A stretch of 38,619 nucleotides of DNA from an uncultured Nitrospiraceae bacterium (GCA_947085205.1 CAMTVO010000059.1:1-38619); one strand, 5' to 3'. Shown: positions 17,034 through 28,113, counted from the stretch's first letter. Notes: generated from the letters alone by a model not told the origin. Program-made: numbers and translations.

Positions 17034-18248
17034 ATGAAGGCTGTTGAACTCAAAAATGGCATATACTGGGTAGGTGCAATTGACTGGGCAGTAAGAGACT
17101 TCCACGGTTATGAAACACCGAGGGGCACAACCTATAACAACTACATAATAATGGATGATGAAGTAACACTGCTGGATACTGTTAAATACGACTTTGCAGA
17201 TATCACCATCAAAAACATAAAATCTGTCATAGACCCTTCAAAAATAAAACACGTGGTTATAAATCACATCGAAAATGACCATGTGACAAGCATTGACAAA
17301 ATAATGGCCCTAACACCAGATGCAACTATTTATATAACAGAAAAGGGCAAAAAAGGTCTTGATAGATTTTTTGATACATCAAAATGGAATATAAAGCTTG
17401 TAAGGACTGGAGACACTCTTTGTATCGGCAAAAGGACACTGTTGTTTATAGAAACGCCTATGTTGCACTGGCCGGATTCCATGATGACATATATCAAGGA
17501 AGAAAAAATACTCATCAGTCAGGATGCATTCGGACAGCATATAGCATCAGCAGTCAGGTTTGACGACGAATTCGTCACATGTGAATCCATGTCCGGGCTT
17601 GAAGATGCGGTTGTTGATTATTATGCAAATATCCTTATGCCGTTCGGGCAATTGATAAAGGCAAAGATTGCAGACATACAGAAACTCGGGCTTGAGATAG
17701 AGATGATTGCACCCGACCACGGCATCATCTGGAAAGCAAATCCGCAGAAGGTATTGCAGATGTATATGGATATGGCAGGCGGCAAATCGAACCTGAGCGT
17801 CTCGATTATTTATGACACCATGTGGCACAGCACAGAGCAGATGACATTACCAATTATGCAGGGAATAAAAGATGAAGGAGTTGAGTGCAAGGTCATTAAG
17901 CTAAGGGCTACACCGATGAGCGTTGCCATTAAGGAGTTCTGGAAATCAAGGGGTGCCCTGATCGGAACACCAACACTCAATAATATTATGTATCCGAGTG
18001 TTGCCCACTTTTTAACCCATTTGCGTGGCTTAAGACCTAAAAACCGTATTGTCGGCGCATTCGGAAGTTACGGCTGGGGCGGAGGCGCAGTAAAGGAGGC
18101 ATACGAAGACTTCAAGAAGATGGGGCTGGAGATTTTTGAACCAGGACTGCAGATACTTTATAAGCCTTCATTTGAAGATGAGACGAAGTGTTACGAATTC
18201 GGAAAAGAGTTTGCAAAAAAAGTGAAGGAATATAACCAGAAATTTTAA
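17034..18248 (+). CDS. fprA: Flavodiiron protein (FprA/ROO-type A flavoprotein)
   Basis: GTTYNNY, HIENDH, HWPDSM, DAFGQH, APDHG, flavodoxin domain FGSYGWGG. AGGAGG RBS before ATG 17034. Confidence 0.93.
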   Translation: MKAVELKNGIYWVGAIDWAVRDFHGYETPRGTTYNNYIIMDDEVTLLDTVKYDFADITIKNIKSVIDPSKIKHVVINHIENDHVTSIDKIMALTPDATIYITEKGKKGLDRFFDTSKWNIKLVRTGDTLCIGKRTLLFIETPMLHWPDSMMTYIKEEKILISQDAFGQHIASAVRFDDEFVTCESMSGLEDAVVDYYANILMPFGQLIKAKIADIQKLGLEIEMIAPDHGIIWKANPQKVLQMYMDMAGGKSNLSVSIIYDTMWHSTEQMTLPIMQGIKDEGVECKVIKLRATPMSVAIKEFWKSRGALIGTPTLNNIMYPSVAHFLTHLRGLRPKNRIVGAFGSYGWGGGAVKEAYEDFKKMGLEIFEPGLQILYKPSFEDETKCYEFGKEFAKKVKEYNQKF

Positions 18249-18249
18249 T

Positions 18250-18828
18250 ATGAAGATACTGGCATTTCAGGGCAGTCCGAGAATAGAGGGGAATACAGAT
18301 ATACTTCTGAAAGAGACATTAAAACCGGTATACGAATCAGGCCACGATGTCAGACTATTTAAACTCAATTTCATGAACATAAAGCCCTGCCAGGACTGCG
18401 GAGGGTGCGATAAAACAGGCAGGTGTATAATAAACGATGATATGGATGAGATATATGATGCCATAAGGGAGGCTGACAGGATAATCTTAGCCTCCCCTAT
18501 TTTCTTTTTTGGTGTGAGCGCACAGGCAAAGATAATGATAGATAGGTGTCAATCGTTCTGGTGCGAAAAATACCTTTTAAAAAAACCCATTCCTGAAGGG
18601 CCATATGGAAGGAAAGGCCTTCTATTGCTGGTCGGAGGCATGAAAAAGGAGATTGGTGTACAGTGCGCAGCGGCTACAGCAAAGGCATTTTTCAGGACAA
18701 TCAGTGTTTCAGAGCACGAGACATTGAGCTTTACAGGTATCGATGCAAAAGGCGCTATACTTGAGCATCCTACTGCATTGAAGGATGCTCATATAGCAGG
18801 CAAAAAGCTCATAGCTCATGGCTCATAG
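18250..18828 (+). CDS. Iron-sulfur flavoprotein / NADPH-dependent FMN reductase family
   Basis: GSPR..GNT, CQDCGGC...C, DDM, ASPIFF, IDR. Confidence 0.85.
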   Translation: MKILAFQGSPRIEGNTDILLKETLKPVYESGHDVRLFKLNFMNIKPCQDCGGCDKTGRCIINDDMDEIYDAIREADRIILASPIFFFGVSAQAKIMIDRCQSFWCEKYLLKKPIPEGPYGRKGLLLLVGGMKKEIGVQCAAATAKAFFRTISVSEHETLSFTGIDAKGAILEHPTALKDAHIAGKKLIAHGS

Positions 18829-18865
18829 TTTTTAAATTTATGCTATCGGCTATGAGCTATGAGTT
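18806..18865. repeat. Tandem-heptamer palindrome (AGCTCAT family) between convergent genes
   Basis: agctcat agctcat ggctcat ag ... gctatcg gctatga gctatga gtt, same unit as 4991-5070. Confidence 0.85.
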
Positions 18866-21375
18866 AACTTAAACCATTTAACCAGTTTATTTAATTCCTC
18901 AGCAAGCTTTGCGAGTTCCTGCGATGTAGTCTTTATATTATTTGCCAGTTCCCCTGAATTTTTAGCTACCTTTGATATATTATCCATGTTCGATGATACG
19001 CCTTCTGCCACCTGTGCCTGTTCTTCAGAGGCAGTTGCTATCATGTTAATCATCTCCATGCTCTTGTTTGATGCATTGACTATCTCCCCCAGCAGCTTCT
19101 GCGATTCCTTTGCAGTATCCACGCTCTTTTCAACTATACCTCTGCCTGATACCATAGAAGAAACGGACACCCCTATCTCTGCCTGAATACCCTTTATCAT
19201 CTCTGCTATCTGGGCTGTAGCACCGGCAGTCCTTTCTGCAAGCTTTCTCACCTCATCTGCGACAACTGCAAATCCCCTTCCCATTTCTCCTGCCCTCGCT
19301 GCCTCTATAGCGGCATTTAAAGCAAGGAGGTTTGTCTGGTCTGCGATTTCATTAATTACATTTACGATACTGCCTATCTCAGAAGATCTCACGCCCAGCC
19401 TTCCAATGGTCTCCGATGTCTTTCTGAATGTCTCAACAATATTAAGCATTTCTTCAACCGTTATTTCAACAGATGACCTTCCTTTTTCAGCAATCTGTGA
19501 TGCCGTTGCTGACTCCCTCGCCACATCCGATGCATTCCTTGCCACATCTCCTACAGTCTGGCTCATCTCGTGCATTGCAGTTGCCGCCTGTTCTGTCTGA
19601 AATGCCTGCTCGTGTACACCTTTATTGAGTTTATCGGCAGAGCCTAAGAGATTATTCGAACTGGTCAAAACAACATTTGCCGAACTGATAATCTTCTCAA
19701 TCATATCCTTCAGGTCTATTTTCATCTTCAGGAAACTCTCTCCCATGGTCCTTATCTCCGGCGGTCCTTTAACCTCCATCTCTTGTGAAAGGTCCCCTTG
19801 CGCTATTGAGGTTGCAACTTTTGTAATATTGGATATTGATGAGCCTATTGTTCTGCTTCCCAAACCTCCCGCAGTAACACCAATAATAACTGCAATTATG
19901 CCTAAAACAAGTGAAAGCATAATTGAGAGTTTCACAACCCTGTTTACAGCATATACTGCCTTTCCCTGCTCTCCTGCTGCCTGTGTTAATCCGACCTTTG
20001 CCTTTTGCTGCTGTTCATACACCATCTTTTCAATTTGCTGGCTTAATGTCATCGCCTTTTGGTGGGCCTGAATAACTTTTTCAATCTTCTTTGAAAGTCC
20101 GTTTGCTCCAATCAATGTTTCTTTTATATCCTTAAAAAATACCGTTGCTTTCTGCATGAATGCTATATCGTCTTTTCTGCCGAGCGACTGGAAAATATCT
20201 GTCAGTTTCTTTATTGCTGCATCAACATTTGCAAACTTTGCTGAAGCCGCTGCAACCTGCCTTGATAGGTCTTCGGCGCTATGGGAAAGCACTAATTTTG
20301 ATGCGTCTCCTTCAATGGAGTTTCCCAATGATAATAGTTCAGAACTTAAGAGAAGCACATTGCTTGCAAGCCCTGATACGCTTACAGATTCTGTCAAATC
20401 TTTGCTGCTGAAGCTGACATCTTCCATTTGTGCGTCAATGTAGCTTGATATTTCTGATGATATATTGTAAAGCCTGCCTGATATTTGTTTTTCAGAGGCT
20501 TCTATTTTCTTTTTCAGTTCAGCGTCCTGTTTTGCGAGTAAGATATCCATCATGTCAATTAGTCCGTCTTTGCCTGCAACCTTTGTCTGAATGTCTTTTA
20601 ATCCGTCATAGAGTTTTTTTATCTCCTTGTCTTTGTCTCTCCCTTTTAAAAAATCAGAATTTATTGCCTTAGTAATTGCAAGGTTGAACTTTCCTTTTGC
20701 AAGGTCTAATGCCCTTTTGTTGTCCGACCTTTTTAACTCTTCATAGGAGACCTCTACTGCCCGCATGACCTTTGATAAATCATAAATGTCCCTCACAACA
20801 TTGAACGCCTTTACTACAGTGTCTGAAGAAGATATCAGTTTTGTGGATGCTCCTTTCTGCAGGTTCTTTATTTTCAAATCAATCTCCTGCAGCTTTTTTG
20901 CAATTTCTGCAAGCTTTGAGGACATTTTCTGACTTGCTTCCTTTGCTGTCTTTTCAGCATCAAGCTTGTCCTTTGCAACTAAAAAAACAGTTTCTGCTGT
21001 TGCACTGAACTCATTAACCACCTTTTCAATCCTGTTGTCTCCGATAGAGAGGGCTGTCAGTTCTGAACCGACCTTTTTGAGTTCAGATGTTACCTGCTGC
21101 ATCTGTGATTTTTTTTCTTCAAGCTCTTTTATTGATTGAGAAGATGTCATCTTTGTCATAACAGTTGTTGCCTCTTGCAGTGCGCCCTGTGCCTGAAGTG
21201 TTTTCACCTGAAACGGAGTTGACTGTGTTGTGAGGTGTGAGAGTCTTTTCTGAATAAATGTTGTGCTTAATACAGTAAAGAGTGTTGCTCCTCCTGCTAT
21301 ACAGAAAATCAGGATGCTATTTAGAAAAATCATCTTTTTTATTGAAATCTTGTCTAAAAGTTTCAGCAAGAACAA
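18850..21375 (-). CDS. Methyl-accepting chemotaxis protein with a large helical periplasmic region
   Basis: Two TM segments, [43 protein letters not shown]. Confidence 0.93.
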   Translation of the reverse strand: MFLLKLLDKISIKKMIFLNSILIFCIAGGATLFTVLSTTFIQKRLSHLTTQSTPFQVKTLQAQGALQEATTVMTKMTSSQSIKELEEKKSQMQQVTSELKKVGSELTALSIGDNRIEKVVNEFSATAETVFLVAKDKLDAEKTAKEASQKMSSKLAEIAKKLQEIDLKIKNLQKGASTKLISSSDTVVKAFNVVRDIYDLSKVMRAVEVSYEELKRSDNKRALDLAKGKFNLAITKAINSDFLKGRDKDKEIKKLYDGLKDIQTKVAGKDGLIDMMDILLAKQDAELKKKIEASEKQISGRLYNISSEISSYIDAQMEDVSFSSKDLTESVSVSGLASNVLLLSSELLSLGNSIEGDASKLVLSHSAEDLSRQVAAASAKFANVDAAIKKLTDIFQSLGRKDDIAFMQKATVFFKDIKETLIGANGLSKKIEKVIQAHQKAMTLSQQIEKMVYEQQQKAKVGLTQAAGEQGKAVYAVNRVVKLSIMLSLVLGIIAVIIGVTAGGLGSRTIGSSISNITKVATSIAQGDLSQEMEVKGPPEIRTMGESFLKMKIDLKDMIEKIISSANVVLTSSNNLLGSADKLNKGVHEQAFQTEQAATAMHEMSQTVGDVARNASDVARESATASQIAEKGRSSVEITVEEMLNIVETFRKTSETIGRLGVRSSEIGSIVNVINEIADQTNLLALNAAIEAARAGEMGRGFAVVADEVRKLAERTAGATAQIAEMIKGIQAEIGVSVSSMVSGRGIVEKSVDTAKESQKLLGEIVNASNKSMEMINMIATASEEQAQVAEGVSSNMDNISKVAKNSGELANNIKTTSQELAKLAEELNKLVKWFKLTHSS

Positions 21376-21401
21376 TTTATGCCTCCCATATGGGTATTAT
21401 T

Positions 21402-21432
21402 AAAAATAAAAAGGGAGGCTTAAAGCCTCCCT
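21402..21432 (-). terminator. Rho-independent terminator
   Basis: Minus strand AGGGAGGCT-TTA-AGCCTCCCT followed by TTTTATTTTT. Confidence 0.8.
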
Positions 21433-21439
21433 GAATCCT

Positions 21440-22174
21440 TTATCTTATTGGCACTGTAACGCTTATAGCTCCTCTTAAATCTCCTTCCTTATATCCTTCT
21501 TTTGGCCTTCCTGCAATATCAAGTTCTCCAGCAGGATCGCCGTGGCATGCAAGACAGGGTTTCGCAATATAAATAGGCAACATGTAGCGGAGAACCTTTC
21601 TTCCGCCTGCTGTTGTTTCTTCAGAATGAGCCTTGCCTCTTTCCCAGCCTGATTCCATTTTTTTAAGCATACCGTCTTCAAAGTCGTCCGGCCTGTTGTA
21701 ATCGCCTCTAAATTTAAGGCTTGTCTGTTTGAGTCTTATGCCGCTTTTCTTGAAGAACCTGTCTCCTGTTCTTGCACCATAGACTGCCGGGATAAATCCT
21801 TTGAAGCCCTTTCCTGCTTCATTTATCTGGGGCTGCGACTCTGCCACAACTTCCATTGCTGATTCATGCGCCTGAAGTATTGCCTTGCCAACAGCGTCTG
21901 CGGCATTTTGTGCCTTTAAGTCTATGCCCCTTGCCTTTAGTTCTTCAGATACCTGCGCCTCATAGACGGCGGGCGTGAACCCTTTGTCGCCTTTTGAGGC
22001 ATCATTAAATAAAGGCTGATTCTTTGCAATTACCGCCCTGCCTGCAACAAGATAGTCAGCAATTACCTTTGCCATTGCCGCTTCTTTTGGCTGTGCAAAC
22101 GGCTCGTTCAGAAACATTATTGTTGCTACAAACAGAAAGACTACCATTACAGCTAACAGCTTTTTGTTCTTCAT
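21440..22174 (-). CDS. Periplasmic Tll0287/DUF3365-like monoheme c protein
   Basis: Signal peptide, N.PD.FE, RYM.PI...PCLACHG...GYKEGDLRGAISV. GGAGGAGG RBS before ATG 22174. Confidence 0.85.
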   Translation of the reverse strand: MKNKKLLAVMVVFLFVATIMFLNEPFAQPKEAAMAKVIADYLVAGRAVIAKNQPLFNDASKGDKGFTPAVYEAQVSEELKARGIDLKAQNAADAVGKAILQAHESAMEVVAESQPQINEAGKGFKGFIPAVYGARTGDRFFKKSGIRLKQTSLKFRGDYNRPDDFEDGMLKKMESGWERGKAHSEETTAGGRKVLRYMLPIYIAKPCLACHGDPAGELDIAGRPKEGYKEGDLRGAISVTVPIR

Positions 22175-22381
22175 TTCTTCCTCCTCCAGACAATATAGTC
22201 CCCGCATTTCTGTAGGGTACTTGTACGCTTGCAAATCATCTATGAACTCATATAGAATCTATATAAAGCGCTTGATAACAATAAGATTGTAAGATTATAA
22301 AATAGATTAGTCAAAGTTAATTTTCTGTAAATTTTCGGGAGTCGTTTTTTGCATTAAACATAAAACTTTGAGGAGGCAGCT

Positions 22382-22702
22382 ATGTCTAAATTACCGGAGC
22401 AGTATTTGAGCATCAAAAAGAGGTTTAAAAGTTATTTCAGAGCAGTTGATAATCTTGGAAAGGCAGTAAAAACAGCAGGCCCAATAAACGAAAAAACATC
22501 ACAGTTTATACAATTAGCCGCTGCCGCTGCCATAAAATCAGAGGGTGCAGTTCATTCACACACGAGAAGGGCATTGGAGGCAGGAGCAAAGCCAGAGGAG
22601 ATTTACCACGCAATAATACTGCTTTCGAGCACTATAGGGTTCCCGACAGTATCTGCTGCATTGAGCTGGGCTGATGATGTTATAAAGGACAGCCGGAAGT
22701 AA
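22382..22702 (+). CDS. Carboxymuconolactone decarboxylase (CMD/AhpD-like) family protein
   Basis: SEGAVHSHTRRALEAGA..EEI..A...GFP, GAGGAGG RBS, no CxxC. Confidence 0.85.
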   Translation: MSKLPEQYLSIKKRFKSYFRAVDNLGKAVKTAGPINEKTSQFIQLAAAAAIKSEGAVHSHTRRALEAGAKPEEIYHAIILLSSTIGFPTVSAALSWADDVIKDSRK

Positions 22703-22775
22703 TTGCACCCGAAAAATGCAATTGAAGACTGAATATACAGGGTATAGGCGAATAAGAGGCTTTACCTGCACCACC

Positions 22776-24185
22776 TCACCCTATCACCACTGAGGGCATG
22801 ATGCCGATGACGAAAACCATGATCACAGTGATAAGTATCGCAAGACCGAGGGATGGCGACAGCGATATTGCTGCCTCCTCTTTCATCTCCTTCATATACA
22901 TGTTCATCACTACCCTGAGATAGTAGTAAGCGGAGATGGCGCTGAATATTACGGCTATCACAACAAGCCATGTGTATCCTGCATTTATAGCTGCCATGAA
23001 GAGGTTGAATTTTCCTATGAATCCTGCTGTTGGAGGTATGCCTGTAAGTGAGAACATGAATACCAGCATCAATGCCGCTACAATGGGATGGCTCTTTGCA
23101 AGCCCTTCATAGTCCTTAATGTCAATACCTCTTTTAATTTCTAACTCTGAACTCTTTTCAAGAAGTATCACTATAGCAAACGCTCCGATGTTCATGAACG
23201 CATATATGAGCAGGTACACCATCATTGCACCCAATCCTTCATTCGTGCCGGTTATTATTCCAATCAGCATATACCCTGCATGGGCTATGGATGAGTATGC
23301 GAGCATTCTCTTGATGTTTGTCTGGACAATAGCGAGGACGTTGCCCACAGCCATCGTGAGTATCGCTATGCCTATAAGGATCGGTGTCCAGTCTGTCTGT
23401 ATACTCTGAAATGCTATGTAAAACACCCTTCCTATGACTGCAAAGCCCGCAGCCTTTGGCCCTACAGACATGAAAGCAGTTATAGATGTTGGCGCGCCCT
23501 CGTATACGTCAGGCGCCCACATGTGAAACGGCGCAGCCGCTATTTTGAATGAGAACGCTACTGTAATAAGTATCATGCTTAAAAGTAGTGTTGTTGTAGC
23601 TTCTGTGGTCTTAAGGTGCTCTGCTATTTTGTATATATCTGTTGTTGTTGTCATTCCGTATAAGAGCGATATTCCGTAAAGAAACAGCGCCGACGAAAAT
23701 GCTCCAAGGAGGAAGTATTTTATTGCCGCCTCATTAGACTTGATGTCATGCCTCTTTATTCCTGCAAGGATGTATGTGCTCAAGGCCATGAGCTCTAATC
23801 CGAGGTATAAGATTATCAAGTCCTTTGCTGATGCCATGAGCATCATCCCTGATGTAGCAAAAAGGAGCAGGCTGTAGTATTCTCCGTATTCCGCTTTCTG
23901 TCTCTGTATGTATTTCAATGATACGAGTATTGTCAGGATGAGGTTTATGATGAATATTACCTTAAAGTATGTGCTGTATGTGTCGCTTATGAACATTCCT
24001 CCAAATGTCTCTCCATAGCTCATGGGCAATGTGTAAAGGACTGCTGCTGCGGTTATTATTCCTATGAATGCAAGGATGCCTTTGTTTTTGAATATGAGTT
24101 CAAGTATGAGCAGCATTGTCGCAGATATTGTCATTATGAGTTCTGGTGTTACGGGTCTCAGGTCAGGGAATGGTATGTTCATCAT
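22776..24185 (-). CDS. nuoN: NADH-quinone oxidoreductase subunit N
   Basis: EAAIKYFLLG, FKIAAAPFHMWAPDVYEGAPT, KRMLAYSSIAH. Start at 24185 gives an ATGA overlap with the nuoM stop. Confidence 0.95.
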   Translation of the reverse strand: MMNIPFPDLRPVTPELIMTISATMLLILELIFKNKGILAFIGIITAAAVLYTLPMSYGETFGGMFISDTYSTYFKVIFIINLILTILVSLKYIQRQKAEYGEYYSLLLFATSGMMLMASAKDLIILYLGLELMALSTYILAGIKRHDIKSNEAAIKYFLLGAFSSALFLYGISLLYGMTTTTDIYKIAEHLKTTEATTTLLLSMILITVAFSFKIAAAPFHMWAPDVYEGAPTSITAFMSVGPKAAGFAVIGRVFYIAFQSIQTDWTPILIGIAILTMAVGNVLAIVQTNIKRMLAYSSIAHAGYMLIGIITGTNEGLGAMMVYLLIYAFMNIGAFAIVILLEKSSELEIKRGIDIKDYEGLAKSHPIVAALMLVFMFSLTGIPPTAGFIGKFNLFMAAINAGYTWLVVIAVIFSAISAYYYLRVVMNMYMKEMKEEAAISLSPSLGLAILITVIMVFVIGIMPSVVIG

Positions 24186-25699
24186 TTTATCACCTCTATG
24201 GCTTGTTGTGCTGTCTGGGCAAGTCCTGCTGTATTTATTCTCTCTATGAGGTTCTGCACCGATGCATCCATAAAACTCAGGAATGTGTTTGGATATATCC
24301 CTATCCATAACACAAGTATTATCAAAGGAACTATTGTCAGTATTTCCCTCGTGTCCATGTCAGGATGCCCCTGAACCTTTGGGTTTGTTTCCATAAAAAA
24401 GACCCTCTGGTAAAGCCAGAGCATATATGCTGCTCCGATGATTATTCCAGAAGCTGCAAGCACTCCGAGGGTCTTTGATGCAGCAAATCCTCCGACGAGG
24501 ATAAGAAATTCTCCTACAAACCCGTTTGTCCCGGGAAGTCCTATGGATGCGAGTGTAAATACCATAAAGAACGCTGCATATATCGGCATTATAGTAGAGA
24601 CACCTCCGTAGTCCTCTATCTGCCTTGTATGCGTCCTGTCATAGATCATTCCTATACATAAAAACAGTGCGCCTGTAACTATTCCATGGTTTATCATCTG
24701 CAATATCCCGCCCTGTATTCCCTGAACATTAAGTGCGAATATTCCCAGTGTTACGAATCCCATGTGGCTTACTGATGAGTATGCTATGAGTCTCTTTAAA
24801 TCCGTCTGTCCGAGGCAGATTATTCCGCCGTAGATTATGGCTATGACTGAAAGTATCATCATTGCAGGCGCCATTGCCTTTGTTGCTTCCGGGAATAGAG
24901 GCATACTGAATCTCAGAAATCCGTATGCACCCATTTTGATGAGTATGCCTGCAAGGATTACGCTTCCTGCTGTTGGCGCCTCTGTATGCGCATCAGGAAG
25001 CCATGTATGTACCGGCCACATCGGGACTTTCACTGCAAATGCTGCAAAGAACGCCCAGAAGAGGATTATCTGCATATTATACGGATAGTTCATTGTCATC
25101 ATTTTTAATATGTCAAAGCTCCTGTCTGTGTACAGATATAAGACGATAATGCCAACGAGCATCAGCACGCTGCCTATTAGTGTAAAGAGAAAGAATTTAA
25201 TTGCTGCATATACCCTGTTCGGTCCCCCCCATACTCCTATCAATAGATACATGGGTATTAGCATTGCTTCCCAGAATATATAGAACAGGAACAAGTCGAG
25301 GCTGCAGAATACTCCTATCATTGAGCCTTCTATTAGCAATAACGCCGCATAGAATTCCTTTGTCTTTTCTTTTATGCTGTTCCATGAAATTGTTACGCAG
25401 AGTATAGTAAGAAGCGTTGAGAGCAGCACGAACAGCACGCTTATTCCGTCTATTCCAAGCGCATACTTGATTCCCCATGAAGAAACCCATTCATGGGTCT
25501 CTGTGAACTGCATATTAGGCGTTGTCTTATCAAAGCTGCTGAACAGCGGGATGCTAAGAACAAATGTGATAAGGCTTATGAGCAGGGCTGTCCATTTTAC
25601 GAATGTATCGTTCGTCCTCTTTATCAAAGATATCAGTATCGCTCCGAATATGGGCAGAAATATTACTGTGCTTAGTATGGGGTAACCAAGTTGGGTCAT
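24182..25699 (-). CDS. nuoM: NADH-quinone oxidoreductase subunit M
   Basis: FWEAMLIP, AVKVPMWPVHTWLPDAHTEAPTAGS, LKRLIAYSSVSHMG. Confidence 0.95.
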   Translation of the reverse strand: MTQLGYPILSTVIFLPIFGAILISLIKRTNDTFVKWTALLISLITFVLSIPLFSSFDKTTPNMQFTETHEWVSSWGIKYALGIDGISVLFVLLSTLLTILCVTISWNSIKEKTKEFYAALLLIEGSMIGVFCSLDLFLFYIFWEAMLIPMYLLIGVWGGPNRVYAAIKFFLFTLIGSVLMLVGIIVLYLYTDRSFDILKMMTMNYPYNMQIILFWAFFAAFAVKVPMWPVHTWLPDAHTEAPTAGSVILAGILIKMGAYGFLRFSMPLFPEATKAMAPAMMILSVIAIIYGGIICLGQTDLKRLIAYSSVSHMGFVTLGIFALNVQGIQGGILQMINHGIVTGALFLCIGMIYDRTHTRQIEDYGGVSTIMPIYAAFFMVFTLASIGLPGTNGFVGEFLILVGGFAASKTLGVLAASGIIIGAAYMLWLYQRVFFMETNPKVQGHPDMDTREILTIVPLIILVLWIGIYPNTFLSFMDASVQNLIERINTAGLAQTAQQAIEVIK

Positions 25700-25756
25700 C
25701 TATCCTCCTTCTAAAATTACAGGTATGCGTGCGGTAAAAAGATTTACAGGCACCAC

Positions 25757-27682
25757 TCACTTTCCTGCTGCTATCAATACCAGCGTCAGTATCACAAAAA
25801 GCCCTATCGCCATGCTTATGGCATAGTGCTGTAAATGCCCGGTTTGGAGTTTCCTTAATCTCTCTCCAAAGTTCCTTATGGTTTGAGGCACGCCGTTCAC
25901 AATGCCTTCAATTATCTTTCCGTCCATCACTGCTACGAGTATGCTGCTTGCAATCCATTTTGACGGCCTTACGATTATGAAGTCATAAAGCTCGTCAATA
26001 TAGTATTTGTTCCAGAGGGTTGTATATATACCTTTGAATTTCTCTGCAAGGTTTTTAGGTATTTCTGGTTTTAATGAGTAGAATATCCATGATACGAATA
26101 TTCCCAATAATGCGCCTGCCACTGATATTGCCATCACCATATATTCCTCAGAGTGTGTTGCCGTTACATGAGGATGGCCTAACACAGGTTCAAAGAAATG
26201 GGCGATGACGTTGCTTCCTCCTAACGCAGCAGGTATTCCAACCCACCCTGCGGATATGGCTCCTATTGCAAGTATGATTAACGGTATGGTCATTATTTTG
26301 GGCGATTCGTGGAGATGGTGTTCCTGCTCATGCGTTCCCCTGAATTTGCCGTGAAATGCCAAAAAGATTATCCTGAAACTGTAAAATGCTGTCAGCGCCG
26401 CAACCACAGTTCCTATTGCCCATACTACTTTTCCTACTGTCCCGTGGTTGTATGCAAGCCATAAGATTTCATCCTTGCTGAAGAAGCCTGCAAGCCCTGG
26501 TATTCCTGCTATGCTCAAGGATGCTATGAGAAATGTCCAGTATGTTATGGGCATGTGCTTTTTCAATCCGCCCATTTTCTGGATGTTTAGCTCGCCTGCC
26601 ATAACGTGTATTACGCTCCCCGCTCCGAGAAACAGGAGGGACTTGAAGTATGCATGAGTGTATAAATGAAATATTCCTGCTCCGTATGCTCCAACGCCGC
26701 ATGCAAGGAACATATATCCGAGCTGGCTTACTGTCGAGTATGCCACTATCCTCTTTATGTCGTTCTGAACTAATGCAATGGTCGCAGCAAAAAGGGCTGT
26801 TATCGCCCCTGTTAATGCTATTACGTTCATTGCTATTTCCGAGAGGCTAAACAGCGGATTAAACCGCGCAACCATAAATACGCCTGCCGTGACCATTGTC
26901 GCTGCATGGATAAGAGCGCTGACAGGCGTCGGGCCTTCCATTGCATCAGGCAGCCATACATGCAGAGGTATCTGGGCGGATTTGCCAATTGCGCCGCAGA
27001 AAAGCAGTAATGCTATCAGGGTAATGAGGTCTACGTTGTATCCGAGTATGTTTATTGTCTGGCCTGTAAGTGTTCCTACTTTGGAAAATATGTCTGCATA
27101 ATGGAGTGTTCCGAGTGTCAGGAATATCATTATTACTCCTAACCCAAATCCGAAGTCTCCGAACCTGTTTACTATAAATGCCTTCTTTCCTGCATCCGAT
27201 GCGCTCTTCTTTTCATACCAGAATCCTATGAGGAAGTATGAGCAAAGACCCACCGCCTCCCATCCGAAGTACATCTGCATCAGGTTATTTGACATTACTA
27301 ACATGAGCATTGAGAATGTAAAGAGGCTTAAATATGCAAAGAACCTGTAGTATCCCTTGTCGCCGTGCATGTAGCCTACAGAGTATATATGAACAAACAG
27401 GCTTACGCTCGTAACAATGATAAGCATTACGGCAGTGAGTTGGTCTATAAGGAATCCTACTGTCACCTTAAAGTTTCCTGAAACTATCCAGTTGTATACG
27501 TCGTAGTTTATGACCTTTCCGTTTAAAACCTCCATGAATGTGCTTATAGAAGCAATGAATGAGCCTGCCACTGCGAGTATGCTCACCCAGTGGGCATTGT
27601 CTTTAATTATTTTTCTGCCGAATATTATGTTGATTGCAAATGCTATGAGCGGCAATAAAGGGATTAATAAGTATTTGTCCAT
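25757..27682 (-). CDS. nuoL: NADH-quinone oxidoreductase subunit L
   Basis: GWEAVGLCS, GKSAQIPLHVWLPDAMEGPTPVSALIHAATMV. Confidence 0.96.
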   Translation of the reverse strand: MDKYLLIPLLPLIAFAINIIFGRKIIKDNAHWVSILAVAGSFIASISTFMEVLNGKVINYDVYNWIVSGNFKVTVGFLIDQLTAVMLIIVTSVSLFVHIYSVGYMHGDKGYYRFFAYLSLFTFSMLMLVMSNNLMQMYFGWEAVGLCSYFLIGFWYEKKSASDAGKKAFIVNRFGDFGFGLGVIMIFLTLGTLHYADIFSKVGTLTGQTINILGYNVDLITLIALLLFCGAIGKSAQIPLHVWLPDAMEGPTPVSALIHAATMVTAGVFMVARFNPLFSLSEIAMNVIALTGAITALFAATIALVQNDIKRIVAYSTVSQLGYMFLACGVGAYGAGIFHLYTHAYFKSLLFLGAGSVIHVMAGELNIQKMGGLKKHMPITYWTFLIASLSIAGIPGLAGFFSKDEILWLAYNHGTVGKVVWAIGTVVAALTAFYSFRIIFLAFHGKFRGTHEQEHHLHESPKIMTIPLIILAIGAISAGWVGIPAALGGSNVIAHFFEPVLGHPHVTATHSEEYMVMAISVAGALLGIFVSWIFYSLKPEIPKNLAEKFKGIYTTLWNKYYIDELYDFIIVRPSKWIASSILVAVMDGKIIEGIVNGVPQTIRNFGERLRKLQTGHLQHYAISMAIGLFVILTLVLIAAGK

Positions 27683-27713
27683 GTTTTGCTCCGTAAAAAT
27701 TTGAAATTCTGTA

Positions 27714-28016
27714 TCATCCCTTCATCTCCATTATTTCGTCTGTATGCACTGCTGCCTTGTTCTTAAATAGCGCCACTAATATGGCTAATCCTATGGCCGC
27801 TTCTGCTGCTGCAACCGCGATTATGAAAAATACCAGTATCTGTCCCCTCAAGTCCTGCAGATAGTGGCTGAAGGCCACAAGGCTTATGTTCACTGAGTTG
27901 AGCATTAATTCTATGGACATGAGCATTATGATGATATTTTTTCTGATTAAAAATCCTATCATCCCTATTACGAATATTACCGCGCTCAGTCCTATATACC
28001 AGTCCAATGGCACCAT
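27714..28016 (-). CDS. nuoK: NADH-quinone oxidoreductase subunit K
   Basis: [18 protein letters not shown]. Confidence 0.95.
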   Translation of the reverse strand: MVPLDWYIGLSAVIFVIGMIGFLIRKNIIIMLMSIELMLNSVNISLVAFSHYLQDLRGQILVFFIIAVAAAEAAIGLAILVALFKNKAAVHTDEIMEMKG

Positions 28017-28029
28017 TGCTCCTCCTTTT

Positions 28030-28113
28030 CAGAGTTATGGGATTTCAGAGTTGATCTGTAATATTTTTTCTCATTCCTAACTCTTAACTTCTTCACTCTT
28101 TAACTCCTTAACT
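28030..28113. repeat. Degenerate GAGTT/AACTC tandem-repeat palindrome between nuoJ and nuoK
   Basis: cagagttat..cagagttg ... cctaactct taacttct tcactctt taactcct taact. Confidence 0.5.

Noticed and set aside
22680..22778. Readthrough of the nuoN TGA stop
   Set aside because: It is at the expected C-terminal region. The extension shows no NuoN-like sequence and would run into the convergent CMD gene.
23130..23160. Possible remnant GAGTT repeat inserted in nuoN (SSELEIKRG)
   Set aside because: Only two units and no clear opposing arm. It cannot be supported without an alignment.
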